Source: a virus
Virus record (IMG/VR): IMGVR_UViG_3300043409_001877
Coordinates: 1-64,000 of that record
Length of the DNA stretch: 64,000 bases
Strand: one strand, 5' to 3'
Shown one piece after another: positions 37,576 through 47,830 of the stretch; positions within the stretch are counted from its first letter, which is position 1; every line of letters begins with the position of its first letter. The notes beneath the pieces were generated by a model. It was not told the DNA's origin. It was given only the letters and a program-made list of their open reading frames with translations, and ran no database searches. The translations under genes were made by a program, and so were the position numbers.

Positions 37576-38391
37576 TTATATATTTTTAAAATTATATCCT
37601 TTATTATTTATTTTATAATAACCTAAACCAAGTTTACTTAACTGATTAATATCTTTAACGTTTTTCAATTTCTTGGCTCTTTCAAAGGCACTATTTAAAC
37701 CTCTATCTATAAATACTTCGGAGACAATTTTTGGTTCCTCAATTAACCCATCAAACAAAACTAAATTTGGGGTTGAGGCGGTCACCACATTTGATCTCAT
37801 GTAGCTAAATATAGATAAATTATTACCGAAATCAACATACTTTACAGGATTTTCAGTATCTAAGTATAAAACGTATTCTGGGTATTTGGGGTCATCAACT
37901 AATATCATAGCAGATATACCTAAACCAGGGATTATAAATTTAATATTAATTCTAACATTTGTGTTTAAATCGCTAAGTTGGTTTAGTACTTGTATATTAC
38001 CATTATCATCGCCAACTGTCTGCGTAAAACTTATTTGATTACTAATTGGGTTTGTATTTATAACATCTTTTTTATTAAAATATTTATTAATTAAAGTAAA
38101 TTTACTGTCAGTCTTCCCAGTTACAAAATATTTAGCGCTTGATGGTTTAAAAAAATTTTTAACATCCTCAGCTGTTGATATTATTTTTGTGTTTGTTTTG
38201 TAATTAACAATATCGTTTTCTTGATTATTGGATATTCTCATTGCATTATCAACCAAGTTGTTAATTTGTTCTAACTTGTAATTGATTGGTGTATTATAAC
38301 TAGCATCTATATAAGACCCTGGTAAAACAGTGTTTGATTCGATATTAAATATAATCGAATTATCCTTATTATTTAATTTTATTCCAATCAT
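37576..38391 (-). CDS. Putative structural protein
   Basis: 271 aa in the structural block. Confidence 0.6.
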   Translation of the reverse strand: MIGIKLNNKDNSIIFNIESNTVLPGSYIDASYNTPINYKLEQINNLVDNAMRISNNQENDIVNYKTNTKIISTAEDVKNFFKPSSAKYFVTGKTDSKFTLINKYFNKKDVINTNPISNQISFTQTVGDDNGNIQVLNQLSDLNTNVRINIKFIIPGLGISAMILVDDPKYPEYVLYLDTENPVKYVDFGNNLSIFSYMRSNVVTASTPNLVLFDGLIEEPKIVSEVFIDRGLNSAFERAKKLKNVKDINQLSKLGLGYYKINNKGYNFKNI

Positions 38392-38495
38392 AGTTTTTTA
38401 TTAATTAACACCATTCGTTTGGTTGATATTGGTTATTATTTCTATACTCATCTATTATAAATAGGTTGTTTTTATTAAAGTAATTTTTGATACGC

Positions 38496-41477
38496 TTAAC
38501 ATGGTGCATCAACATCAGCTTCAAACACCGCTTTACCATTTTCAAAACGGTATATTTTTTGGTTCTTACTAGAGAATGGTAGATGATTCTTTAATGATGT
38601 TTTATTGCTATCAAACAGCTCAGTGAACGTGGAATCATAGTATATTGTTGTGTTTGGGTCTGTCCAGTTAGGGCTTGTCGCATAAACAATAATTGATATT
38701 AGCTCATAACTATTGGTTGGCACTCTTACCATGTGATCGTTATATTCTTCATAGCAATACGCTAAAAAGGTGTTAAGTGTAATTTGATTTGTGTTAGTTC
38801 CTGATGATCCTGATGTTCCTGATGTTCCACTTGAACCTGATGTTCCTGATAAAATTGGTGAAATAGATTGAGTTCTATTATTTATAGGGGTTATTCCTTT
38901 TTTAGATGCCCTTATCGCAGCATTTAATGGTATGTATATATTTTTTATATCGCCACTATCATTCATCAATGACATTTTAACGATACCTTTAATTCTTATT
39001 TCTTCAGTATAATAAAAACTTTCAAAAACTTTATTGCCAATACTAAAATGTAAATCTATATTTACAATCTCATTTGGTTGTATATAATTATCACCGTTGT
39101 ATATTAATAAAACATCAAATAAATAATCTCTAACATTATTTGATTGGTTAGGTGCATCAATATACTTATTTAGATAATCTAAATCCAACACGTTAAACAT
39201 ATTAACATCAACTTGCGCTATACTTGGAGAATTGTCTTTATACAAATATCGATTACTTAATAATTTTGGATAGTCCGAAGGTGATAAATTACCACCAATT
39301 TTAGTTATGACTATATTTGGTAACCTATCAATGGCATTAATATTAGTTACTACAGGATTATTACCATCCTGGTCATACGAAACATTGTACTCATATACCA
39401 AGCTTTCTAGATGTAATAATAAACCACATTTATTTTTAATATCATTATAAACATCATAATCCGTTGTTTTAAGACTATGGAATGCTTGTTTTATTTTTCC
39501 TAAGTATGGATATATACAGCTATGTGTTATGAAGTTTACAGGTGATGTGTTAACATTAGCAGAATTTAAAGACCCTAACTCTTCTAAACTTAAATTATTA
39601 CCATTTACATCCGTTAAAATAGTTGTTGTGTAATCGTCAAATTTTAAAACTTTAATATCAAGTTCATTATTATAATTTTTTAAAGAATCAAATAATTCGT
39701 CTAAAAAAATTTTTACATAATTTGGAGCTCCGCCAGTTGGTACTCCGCCAACAAGAACTGAACCTTCTAAGGTAGACCTAAAGTTTTTTGTGGTTATATT
39801 TTTTACTAAGTATTTATCTAACTCGTCAATTAATATATCAAAAAAATCGATAGTGTTAAACATTTCTTCACTAAACGAATATGTTGATACATTGCTTGCG
39901 CTATATATTGATAGATCTGGTATAATTAAAGCCTCGGCTACCCTAAACTTATCCCCCTCATCCCAATTGGTTTCAATTTCATTATAATAAGCTGTGTTAT
40001 ATATATTATTATCCGTAATTACGGATATGTTATTAAGTTCTAATTTTCTAATCCTCCAAGTAATATCATCAATATTATTTGCTGTAATTCTTTTTAAAAA
40101 ATCACTATAACCATTTATCACAGTATTATAAATTGGTACTGTGTATTGATTTTTTTCAAAATTAACAAATAAATTAGTTGGTTTAGTAACAACGTAATTT
40201 TTAAAACTATTAATAAGCTCACCGCAACCAAGAACATACGTACCAGTGGCAAATTTATCTAAAGGGTTGGTGTTATTATATGATCTTACCGAATGTTTAT
40301 TACCTTGATAGTTATCTAATATTAAATTTTTAATTCTAAATGATAATGGGTTTAAAGGATCTGGTGTTGGTGTTAAATCAACATCAACTGGTTTAACATT
40401 TTCTATAACATTATTATTAAAATACTCATCATAAGCTAATTCGTATAAATCAAAATCCGTTCTTTCTAAAGAATAAGTGTTAGTATTAATATCATACTCA
40501 AAAATATTATATTTTTTGCTTTCAAAATCTAAAACATATTTTAAATACCTAATTTCATTTTTAAAACCATCTGCTTTTTGAAACCATTTTTTTGATTTCT
40601 CTTGTTTTGATGATGGTACTAATAAAATTTTATTACCGTTTAATGCATCCCAAAACGAGAATTTAACATAAAACTCATTATTAATATAATTATTTAAAAA
40701 GAAAAATGAATACCCTTCATCACCTTCTTTTAATTTAAAACAAGGTCTTTCATGTATTACATTATTTAAAACAATTTTTTCTTTTATATTATATTTTGTG
40801 TTTATAAAAATTGGTATTGATTGTACTCTAGTTTGGCTAATATTTATTGGTGAATTAAAAAACTCCATTAATAAAAATGAGTTGTAAAAAAATGGTTTAT
40901 TTTTATACAAAACGCTATTAGTTACCCAACTATCTTTTTTACTCCAATATGGTAGGGTAAAGCTATTATAAAAAATAGGTAATCCGCTTTTTTTGGGGGT
41001 TACTATATTTGCTAAACCAATAGGGTCACCAACAGGTTGTGGTAGACCTAATATTGCTTTTGATTTTGTTATTTGTAATTCATCTTTAACAGTAACTTCT
41101 CTTAAACCATTCTCTTGCTTATTTTCAAATGCGTTATTAAAAGATATACCAAAATCAACACCCGTTTCGGGTGGTACTAAACCAAACTCTCTTTTAGTTC
41201 TTAATACATGTTCCGAAAAAGCAAATTCAATATAAGGTGTTATTTGTGTAATATCGGCTTCTTGTAAATATTTTAAAAAGAAAATATTAAAGTTTAACTC
41301 TAATGATGTTTCTGGTTTGTATTCATATATCTCAGAATCAACAATCCCATTTACAGTACCAGCAATACCAAGATTTAATAATTTATCATTATAAAAATCT
41401 CTATCACATGTATAATCTTCGGATACAATAAAATTGTTTACTGATATATCGTTATTAATAACTCTAGTTTTTAACAT
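38496..41477 (-). CDS. Putative structural protein with Ser-Gly-Thr linker
   Basis: 993 aa; SGTSGSSGTSGTSGSSGT before a ~100-aa terminal domain. Confidence 0.6.
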   Translation of the reverse strand: MLKTRVINNDISVNNFIVSEDYTCDRDFYNDKLLNLGIAGTVNGIVDSEIYEYKPETSLELNFNIFFLKYLQEADITQITPYIEFAFSEHVLRTKREFGLVPPETGVDFGISFNNAFENKQENGLREVTVKDELQITKSKAILGLPQPVGDPIGLANIVTPKKSGLPIFYNSFTLPYWSKKDSWVTNSVLYKNKPFFYNSFLLMEFFNSPINISQTRVQSIPIFINTKYNIKEKIVLNNVIHERPCFKLKEGDEGYSFFFLNNYINNEFYVKFSFWDALNGNKILLVPSSKQEKSKKWFQKADGFKNEIRYLKYVLDFESKKYNIFEYDINTNTYSLERTDFDLYELAYDEYFNNNVIENVKPVDVDLTPTPDPLNPLSFRIKNLILDNYQGNKHSVRSYNNTNPLDKFATGTYVLGCGELINSFKNYVVTKPTNLFVNFEKNQYTVPIYNTVINGYSDFLKRITANNIDDITWRIRKLELNNISVITDNNIYNTAYYNEIETNWDEGDKFRVAEALIIPDLSIYSASNVSTYSFSEEMFNTIDFFDILIDELDKYLVKNITTKNFRSTLEGSVLVGGVPTGGAPNYVKIFLDELFDSLKNYNNELDIKVLKFDDYTTTILTDVNGNNLSLEELGSLNSANVNTSPVNFITHSCIYPYLGKIKQAFHSLKTTDYDVYNDIKNKCGLLLHLESLVYEYNVSYDQDGNNPVVTNINAIDRLPNIVITKIGGNLSPSDYPKLLSNRYLYKDNSPSIAQVDVNMFNVLDLDYLNKYIDAPNQSNNVRDYLFDVLLIYNGDNYIQPNEIVNIDLHFSIGNKVFESFYYTEEIRIKGIVKMSLMNDSGDIKNIYIPLNAAIRASKKGITPINNRTQSISPILSGTSGSSGTSGTSGSSGTNTNQITLNTFLAYCYEEYNDHMVRVPTNSYELISIIVYATSPNWTDPNTTIYYDSTFTELFDSNKTSLKNHLPFSSKNQKIYRFENGKAVFEADVDAPC
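38796..38849. repeat. Degenerate 9-bp tandem repeat x6 encoding (SG[T/S])6
   Basis: agttcctga tgatcctga tgttcctga tgttccact tgaacctga tgttcctga. Confidence 0.85.
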
Positions 41478-43219
41478 TTTACATCTTTATATTTACTGTA
41501 AGGTTTAACCCCTTTTATATTATTATTGTTATTTTCATCTTCATTATTGTTATCATTTTCATTCAAATCCAAACCATCTAATATATCACCAAATTCGTTT
41601 GTAAATTGACTACCTAATGATGTAATATCGTTAGTACCTAACTTGTATTTTCTAGCGTATCTTTTTTCTGGAACAAGAAAGAAATTAATTTGATTAAATG
41701 CATAAAAAGATCCGTTTGTAAATGGAAAATCTATAAAAGCACCATCTTCATTAGCAGCACCAATATCATATATGTCTCTCCAAATGTATTTCTGTTTGCT
41801 TCTACTAAAAACAGCATAGCTTGGTACATTTATGGTGTTATCACCACTATCTTCAATATACTCTGATTTTAATTTTAAATTTATTTTATAAAACGGTTTG
41901 TAATTAAATAATACGTTGTTATGTATAAACCTATGACTAATTTCAGAGATCTCTGTTTCATATAAATTTTCAGTAGTATGTTCACATAAAGCATAATAAA
42001 AACTATCACCAACACTAACCTTCTTATTAAAACTCTTGCTATTATCTGTTATTTGTTCAAGACCATCACCATCGCTAACAAAATCAATAAAAAAATTAAA
42101 ATGTGATTCTATATTACTAAATAATTTAGCATTTGGTGAACCGTTTTTTATTATACCAATATATAAATTAGTAAGAGGCTCACCTTTATTATTGGTGTAG
42201 TTTTCTGTGTTTAAACTATGGTTTAAGAAAAAGTTTTTAATTTGCTGTTGTAAGTTATTTATTGAAAAAGAACAATCGTCTAACTCATCAATAATGTCAA
42301 TAACTTCTAAATTTTTGACGTAATACTCTAAGGCTTCTTTTTCCACAACTTTTGTTACATAAAAATCTGGATCAACAAATGGTTGTATTTGTGGTCTTGG
42401 TCTGTTAAAATTAGTATTATTAATACTACTAAATGTTAAACCTCTAACGTTTTGTTCCTCATTAATTTTTTCAATTATTGCGTTATTAGCTAAATTAGTT
42501 TGAACTGAATCAAATGATATGGCTACAGCTGAGTTTGTATCAACAGTACCCATATCGGCATTATATAAAGCTATTTTTGGTTTTAAATCAATAAAAATTC
42601 TATCACCTTCAGTAAATACAACTTCATACATACCACTATTAATAGTATTAAGTTTTTTACTATCAATTTTTATTTTATCACCTTTATTAAAATTGTGACC
42701 TAAAGGAAAAAATAGACCGTAGTTTTCTTGAAATTTTGAACTAGTAAAACTTCTTGCTGGAATACCATTTCTAAAATCAATATTAACCGAAAAATCTTTA
42801 GCTGATTCAATTAATAAATTATTTTTTCTAAATTTTTCAATTATCTTAGTACCTTTACTATACAGTTGGGTGTTATTAGCGTCTTTTATTGTAGGTATTG
42901 GTTTTGATTTTAATATAACAATAGACCAGTTAGTTAAATTTAAATCAAATATTCTTTTATCTATATTTATTTTTCTATCACCATCATACGTTGATTCGTA
43001 AACATCTAATGATAATATCGGATTAATTGAACCATACATTCTAAAATTAGAATTTGATTCCTTTTCTATTGTAAATTGTTTTTGTTGTGATATTTCAAAG
43101 AATAGATTATTTTCGTATCTAATTTTATTCGATTCATCCAAAATAACTCTACTGGACAACGATGTGTTCGTTCCCCCAGCAATTTTTTTCTCACCTAATA
43201 TTTCAATTATTTCGCTCAT
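41471..43219 (-). CDS. Putative structural protein
   Basis: 582 aa, coupled within the baseplate operon. Confidence 0.6.
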   Translation of the reverse strand: MSEIIEILGEKKIAGGTNTSLSSRVILDESNKIRYENNLFFEISQQKQFTIEKESNSNFRMYGSINPILSLDVYESTYDGDRKINIDKRIFDLNLTNWSIVILKSKPIPTIKDANNTQLYSKGTKIIEKFRKNNLLIESAKDFSVNIDFRNGIPARSFTSSKFQENYGLFFPLGHNFNKGDKIKIDSKKLNTINSGMYEVVFTEGDRIFIDLKPKIALYNADMGTVDTNSAVAISFDSVQTNLANNAIIEKINEEQNVRGLTFSSINNTNFNRPRPQIQPFVDPDFYVTKVVEKEALEYYVKNLEVIDIIDELDDCSFSINNLQQQIKNFFLNHSLNTENYTNNKGEPLTNLYIGIIKNGSPNAKLFSNIESHFNFFIDFVSDGDGLEQITDNSKSFNKKVSVGDSFYYALCEHTTENLYETEISEISHRFIHNNVLFNYKPFYKINLKLKSEYIEDSGDNTINVPSYAVFSRSKQKYIWRDIYDIGAANEDGAFIDFPFTNGSFYAFNQINFFLVPEKRYARKYKLGTNDITSLGSQFTNEFGDILDGLDLNENDNNNEDENNNNNIKGVKPYSKYKDVKC

Positions 43220-45513
43220 TTTATATAATAATTTTTTTCTATATCATATAATGAATTTGTTTCATTCCAATTACCAAAGTAATAGTATTTGTTATTATAA
43301 GAATTAGCATCATTGTTTGTAACAATAACACCATTAATAACATTAGTATTATTATTCTCATCATCAACATAAATGTCAACAAGATTAGTGTCAAAAAAAT
43401 TTATATCATCTACAACTTTATTTAAATTACCTTTTTCATAGGAAGAATAAACACCATCTTTAATTAAATCAGGTAATTCATCAGTAATATCATGTATGAA
43501 TATTTCCATAACAGACTCTTTACCAGCACTTTGTCTGCAATTAATAAAAACACCGTAAGTGTACCCGTCACTAACAACTTGGTTAAAAGCTGGATGTACA
43601 TTAAATCCGTTTGTTTTAGCGCCAGTTTTTTTACCTAATTCAATAGCATACAAACTAGCCGTGAAAACTTCTGTTGAGTTGTCACCAAAATTCCACGTAC
43701 CAATATCACCAAATACATTATTACCGTTAATAATGAAGTTGTCAGCCGAAAATAAATTAGCGTACACTGTACCTGAATTTGTACCACCATTTCTTTTAAC
43801 ACCAATACCAAAATATAATTCACAATCAGTTACTTGTTCATTGTATGAATCAGAAATATCTATTGAAATTTCATTAACTATTTTTATCGGTCTATCTAAA
43901 GAACCAGCACCACCGTCTTGTGAAAGTACCCTAGGTATTAAAACTGATCCAATTATGGTTGGTTCATCTATATTATATGCACTATCAATTGTTATCGGAA
44001 AATTCCAAGGGGCGAGCGCTTTATCTGGGTTAAATTTAGGAAAATAACCAACGGTGTTATCAAGATCTTTTGTTAATATATTATTTCTACTATGTTTAGC
44101 GTGTATTGTTTTTACCGTATAAAATTTTCTTTTTCTATTTAATAAATCATATTCAAATAATCCAGACCATGTACCTTCCCAACCGCCAAGCCAAACATCA
44201 CCACTTAATGTTGATGGTATTCTTATACCTGGAATAATTGAATTAAAAAATCCACCTCGAACATTTCTCCTATTTGTAAAAGCATCATCAGTATCATAAA
44301 TTTCAAAAGCGTAATAACCTTTTGTTGGTATACCTATTGCGCTGTCTGTTGTTTCTACTAAATCACCAAATTCATTTGTTGTGTAATAATCCATATACAT
44401 TGGTAGGCTTATTCTAAAAATACCATTGTAATATGACCCACTGAATACCCCTAATCTTTTTCTACTACCCTTATTTAACTTATCATCTAAACGATAAACC
44501 ACAATTTCCATTTTTTGAAGTGGGTACAAATCACCAGTATAATAACCAACTGAATCATCTAAGAAATATATTTCTGGATTATTATCTGTTCTCCAGGCAT
44601 CTATATTATAATCATAATCTGGTCTAACACAAAACCCCTCAGTACTAGCGTGTACGTATCCAAAAAATATCGCAGTCGGTGTATATTTAAAATTTATTTT
44701 AAAATCACATCTTGTTATACCAACATCACAAAAATCATCATCACCCCAAAAAGGTGAAACTGTTACCTTTTTTACATTATGGAAAATATTAGGCATCTCA
44801 TCTAATTCAGTTTTAACTTCAACATCATAATTGTTGTTTCCGTTATATATAAAATTAGGTACTTTATTTTGGTTGATTGTTGTTTCTACTGCGTTACTAT
44901 TGATAAGCGTTTTAAGTTCTTCTATACTTTGATTTAAGGATGTTTGCTCAACTAAATCATTAGCCGATAAATCAAACGAGTTCGTATCAAATACATCAAA
45001 ATCCATAATAATATCGTGTTGCCCCAGTGGTACACCAAATATCATATAATCACCAGACTCATTAGTTGTTGTTGTATATTTATAATACTTATCCATTATT
45101 TCCACGTATTGTGGATAATGTGAAAAATCAGAAGAATCTGGGAAATTGCCAACAGCTCTGTGGCTTGGGTTTTTAGTGTTTCTAACTCTTGGTAATAAAT
45201 TATATCTAACACCATTAGGGAATGTATCGTTAATAGTTTCAAACGGATATAATTCAGTTATTTCCGTTCTAAGTTTATCTTCTTCGGTTATTGGTATAAA
45301 AATACTAACTTTAGCATTCTGGACACCAAACCCGCTATTAAGCATTACTCTACCAACTATAGCACCAAAATCAGAACACTGCCTATCGTAAGCATCTGCG
45401 CTAGTAATCTTAAGACTTAAAATCTCAAGATTATCAAATTCTTGTTCAATATTTAATGTTACCTTCTGATCTTCTTTAACAAAATCAATTGGTATTCTTA
45501 TGTTTCTTTCCAT
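43216..45513 (-). CDS. Baseplate-associated protein with carboxypeptidase-regulatory-like beta-sandwich
   Basis: IVGRV...GVQNAKVSI...TTTNESGDYMIFGVPLG; directly after the gp6-like gene. Confidence 0.6.
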   Translation of the reverse strand: MERNIRIPIDFVKEDQKVTLNIEQEFDNLEILSLKITSADAYDRQCSDFGAIVGRVMLNSGFGVQNAKVSIFIPITEEDKLRTEITELYPFETINDTFPNGVRYNLLPRVRNTKNPSHRAVGNFPDSSDFSHYPQYVEIMDKYYKYTTTTNESGDYMIFGVPLGQHDIIMDFDVFDTNSFDLSANDLVEQTSLNQSIEELKTLINSNAVETTINQNKVPNFIYNGNNNYDVEVKTELDEMPNIFHNVKKVTVSPFWGDDDFCDVGITRCDFKINFKYTPTAIFFGYVHASTEGFCVRPDYDYNIDAWRTDNNPEIYFLDDSVGYYTGDLYPLQKMEIVVYRLDDKLNKGSRKRLGVFSGSYYNGIFRISLPMYMDYYTTNEFGDLVETTDSAIGIPTKGYYAFEIYDTDDAFTNRRNVRGGFFNSIIPGIRIPSTLSGDVWLGGWEGTWSGLFEYDLLNRKRKFYTVKTIHAKHSRNNILTKDLDNTVGYFPKFNPDKALAPWNFPITIDSAYNIDEPTIIGSVLIPRVLSQDGGAGSLDRPIKIVNEISIDISDSYNEQVTDCELYFGIGVKRNGGTNSGTVYANLFSADNFIINGNNVFGDIGTWNFGDNSTEVFTASLYAIELGKKTGAKTNGFNVHPAFNQVVSDGYTYGVFINCRQSAGKESVMEIFIHDITDELPDLIKDGVYSSYEKGNLNKVVDDINFFDTNLVDIYVDDENNNTNVINGVIVTNNDANSYNNKYYYFGNWNETNSLYDIEKNYYIK

Positions 45514-45514
45514 T

Positions 45515-47332
45515 TTAGAACCCTAGTACGTTTTGAGTTGTTGGTATAACAACAATGTCTTTTTCCGTATATTTTACTTGTAGAATTTGGTCACCATTAA
45601 CTCTAATAGCACCACCAGTTAAATCAATTTCATTTGTTGTGATGTCCACAATATCATTGCTAGAAATTATTGATGTGGAATAATCTCCACCGACTTTATT
45701 ATAAGCTTTAATATAATTAATATTTAAAATACCGTCAATTTGTGATAATTTTTTAATCAAACCACCAATTAAATAACTCTGACCTAAAGAAGTATTTTCC
45801 TTGGTAAAATCGTTGGCAATAGTAGATGCTATACTTCCAATTACATTTACTTGAGCACCGTCTTCACAAAGAACTGAAATTTCAAATCCAATGTTAATAA
45901 CCTCAGCTGGTTTAACAACAACATAATCATTAATCATTCTGTAACGAGATAAATAATTCGCAACATTTTCTAAAAGAACTGATGAAACACTATCGCTTAA
46001 ATTACCATCACTATCTGTTGATAATATACCTATATTAATTTTATTTTGTACTTGAGTTACACTTGCTTTAGCTGGTGAACCAAACTTAGCTGGCATGCCT
46101 AATAATATAGCTTTATAATCTTGTAATGTTACAGCTCTATTTTGTGCTGCAAAGTTATATGAAATATAATTTCTAAGCTCTTCTATAGACGGTGCGTCAC
46201 CACCACCAATAGCTGGAGTTATGTTTGTTACAGTTAAAGAGCCTTGAACAATAGCATTAGTTCTTTCGTCAGATCCTGTTATTTTAACCGCTATTTGACC
46301 TATTGTATTAATTACACCAAGACCAACATTTGTATCAGCTCCACCACCAATTCTATATTTTACGTATAATGTTGTGTTGTTAATTGGAGCCCAACCTAAA
46401 CTGGTGTTATTTAAAAAACTTTTTAAATCAAAACTACCCGCATCAACAAAATCATCTAAAATATCCAATCCTTGATTTATTTGAGATCCGAATGTTAAAA
46501 CACAAAACCCATTTGGCGTAAATTCTTTAATAAATCTTTTATCAATTTTATTATAAGCACCATTATAAATACCATTAACTGGTGCTGTTGTTGGGTCTTC
46601 TATAAAGACACTGTCCTCAGCTAATGAAGGTACTTCATACCATTTATTGGTTCCTGATTTAAATTCTGTAATAGTTGGTAATACTTCAAATGTGGTACCA
46701 TTTTTATGAATAACTGATTCGATTGATATTACATTATTTTCAGGTAATGTTATTTGATAGAATGGTTTTGTGTTATTAATTGTTTGAGTGTAAACTCTAG
46801 TGGCACCAGCAATAACGATACCTGTTTTAGTTATTTTATAAGCGCTTAAAACACCGTTAACAAAAATAGGTACTTTAGTTCTATCAACTTTGTTTGATAT
46901 ATTAAAATTTGAAGCAAAATCAATATCATATAATAATTCAAAACTGTTAGTATCGGCTAAAAATTGTGAACCAGCATATAATAATGGTAAATAACTTTTA
47001 TCTTCAGCATCTCCTCTGGCTGGAACTTGTACCGTAAACTGACAAACAGCAATACTAGCGGAAGTGCCTGGTAATTTTAAACCATATGTTTTGGCAATAT
47101 TATATAATGATTGTTTTTCTTGTGCGTAATCTAAAACAGTTTCTTGTAAAGATCTATCAATATGAAATTGTAAGTTATCTGATATAGCCGCATTAAGGTC
47201 TAATAATACAGATAAGATAGAAGCGTCATTGTAATTTTGAACAATTCCAGGGTAGTATTGTTTTATATAATTTATTTGCTCGGTTTTTAACGAAGCGAAA
47301 TCTCTTTTACTATAATTAATTGTTTTTGCCAT
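45515..47332 (-). CDS. Baseplate wedge protein (T4 gp6 / P2 gpJ-like)
   Basis: YSKRDF..LK, YRIGGG...N, A.GGGD..SIEELR, AQNRAVTLQDY. Confidence 0.85.
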   Translation of the reverse strand: MAKTINYSKRDFASLKTEQINYIKQYYPGIVQNYNDASILSVLLDLNAAISDNLQFHIDRSLQETVLDYAQEKQSLYNIAKTYGLKLPGTSASIAVCQFTVQVPARGDAEDKSYLPLLYAGSQFLADTNSFELLYDIDFASNFNISNKVDRTKVPIFVNGVLSAYKITKTGIVIAGATRVYTQTINNTKPFYQITLPENNVISIESVIHKNGTTFEVLPTITEFKSGTNKWYEVPSLAEDSVFIEDPTTAPVNGIYNGAYNKIDKRFIKEFTPNGFCVLTFGSQINQGLDILDDFVDAGSFDLKSFLNNTSLGWAPINNTTLYVKYRIGGGADTNVGLGVINTIGQIAVKITGSDERTNAIVQGSLTVTNITPAIGGGDAPSIEELRNYISYNFAAQNRAVTLQDYKAILLGMPAKFGSPAKASVTQVQNKINIGILSTDSDGNLSDSVSSVLLENVANYLSRYRMINDYVVVKPAEVINIGFEISVLCEDGAQVNVIGSIASTIANDFTKENTSLGQSYLIGGLIKKLSQIDGILNINYIKAYNKVGGDYSTSIISSNDIVDITTNEIDLTGGAIRVNGDQILQVKYTEKDIVVIPTTQNVLGF

Positions 47333-47333
47333 T

Positions 47334-47753
47334 TTATAATACTAAGGTTACTGTATCTGAGGATTGAAAAGTCCTTGATGTTATTGTATAATCAATATTT
47401 ATTCTAACGCTGTGTTGTTTTTTATCATCATTAATATATTCAATATTATCATAAAATTGCTCAATATTAATCTTGTTAATTTTTAAATTAGGTATATATT
47501 TTTCAACAGAATCTGTTATTTCATTTTCAATTTTAGTTATTATAATCTCATCAAGCGGTTCAAAAATATATTGGTATAAATTTGTACCAAAATCTGGTAA
47601 GTAATATCTACTACCTCTTCTGGTTAATAATAAATGAATTAAACTTGATTTAATTTCAGACTCAGGTATTTTTGTTAATTTTAAAAAATCACCATTGTCA
47701 CTATCACCAAAAGGGAAATTTATACCGTATGTCGTCTTCCTAATATTATTCAT
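47334..47753 (-). CDS. Baseplate wedge subunit (T4 gp25 / GPW-like)
   Basis: GINFPF, LLLTRRGSRYYLPDFGT.L..YIFEP. Confidence 0.9.
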   Translation of the reverse strand: MNNIRKTTYGINFPFGDSDNGDFLKLTKIPESEIKSSLIHLLLTRRGSRYYLPDFGTNLYQYIFEPLDEIIITKIENEITDSVEKYIPNLKINKINIEQFYDNIEYINDDKKQHSVRINIDYTITSRTFQSSDTVTLVL

Positions 47754-47798
47754 GATTATATTTTATCATAAATAGTAAGAAAATTTATTTTATTGTAA

Positions 47799-47826
47799 AG
47801 AAAAAAGCCACCTTTTTGGTGGCTTT
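47799..47826 (-). terminator. Intrinsic terminator after nrdA
   Basis: AAAGCCACC (47804-47812) / GGTGGCTTT (47818-47826) 9-bp stem, with a U-tract on the minus strand. Confidence 0.85.
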
Positions 47827-47830
47827 ATTA

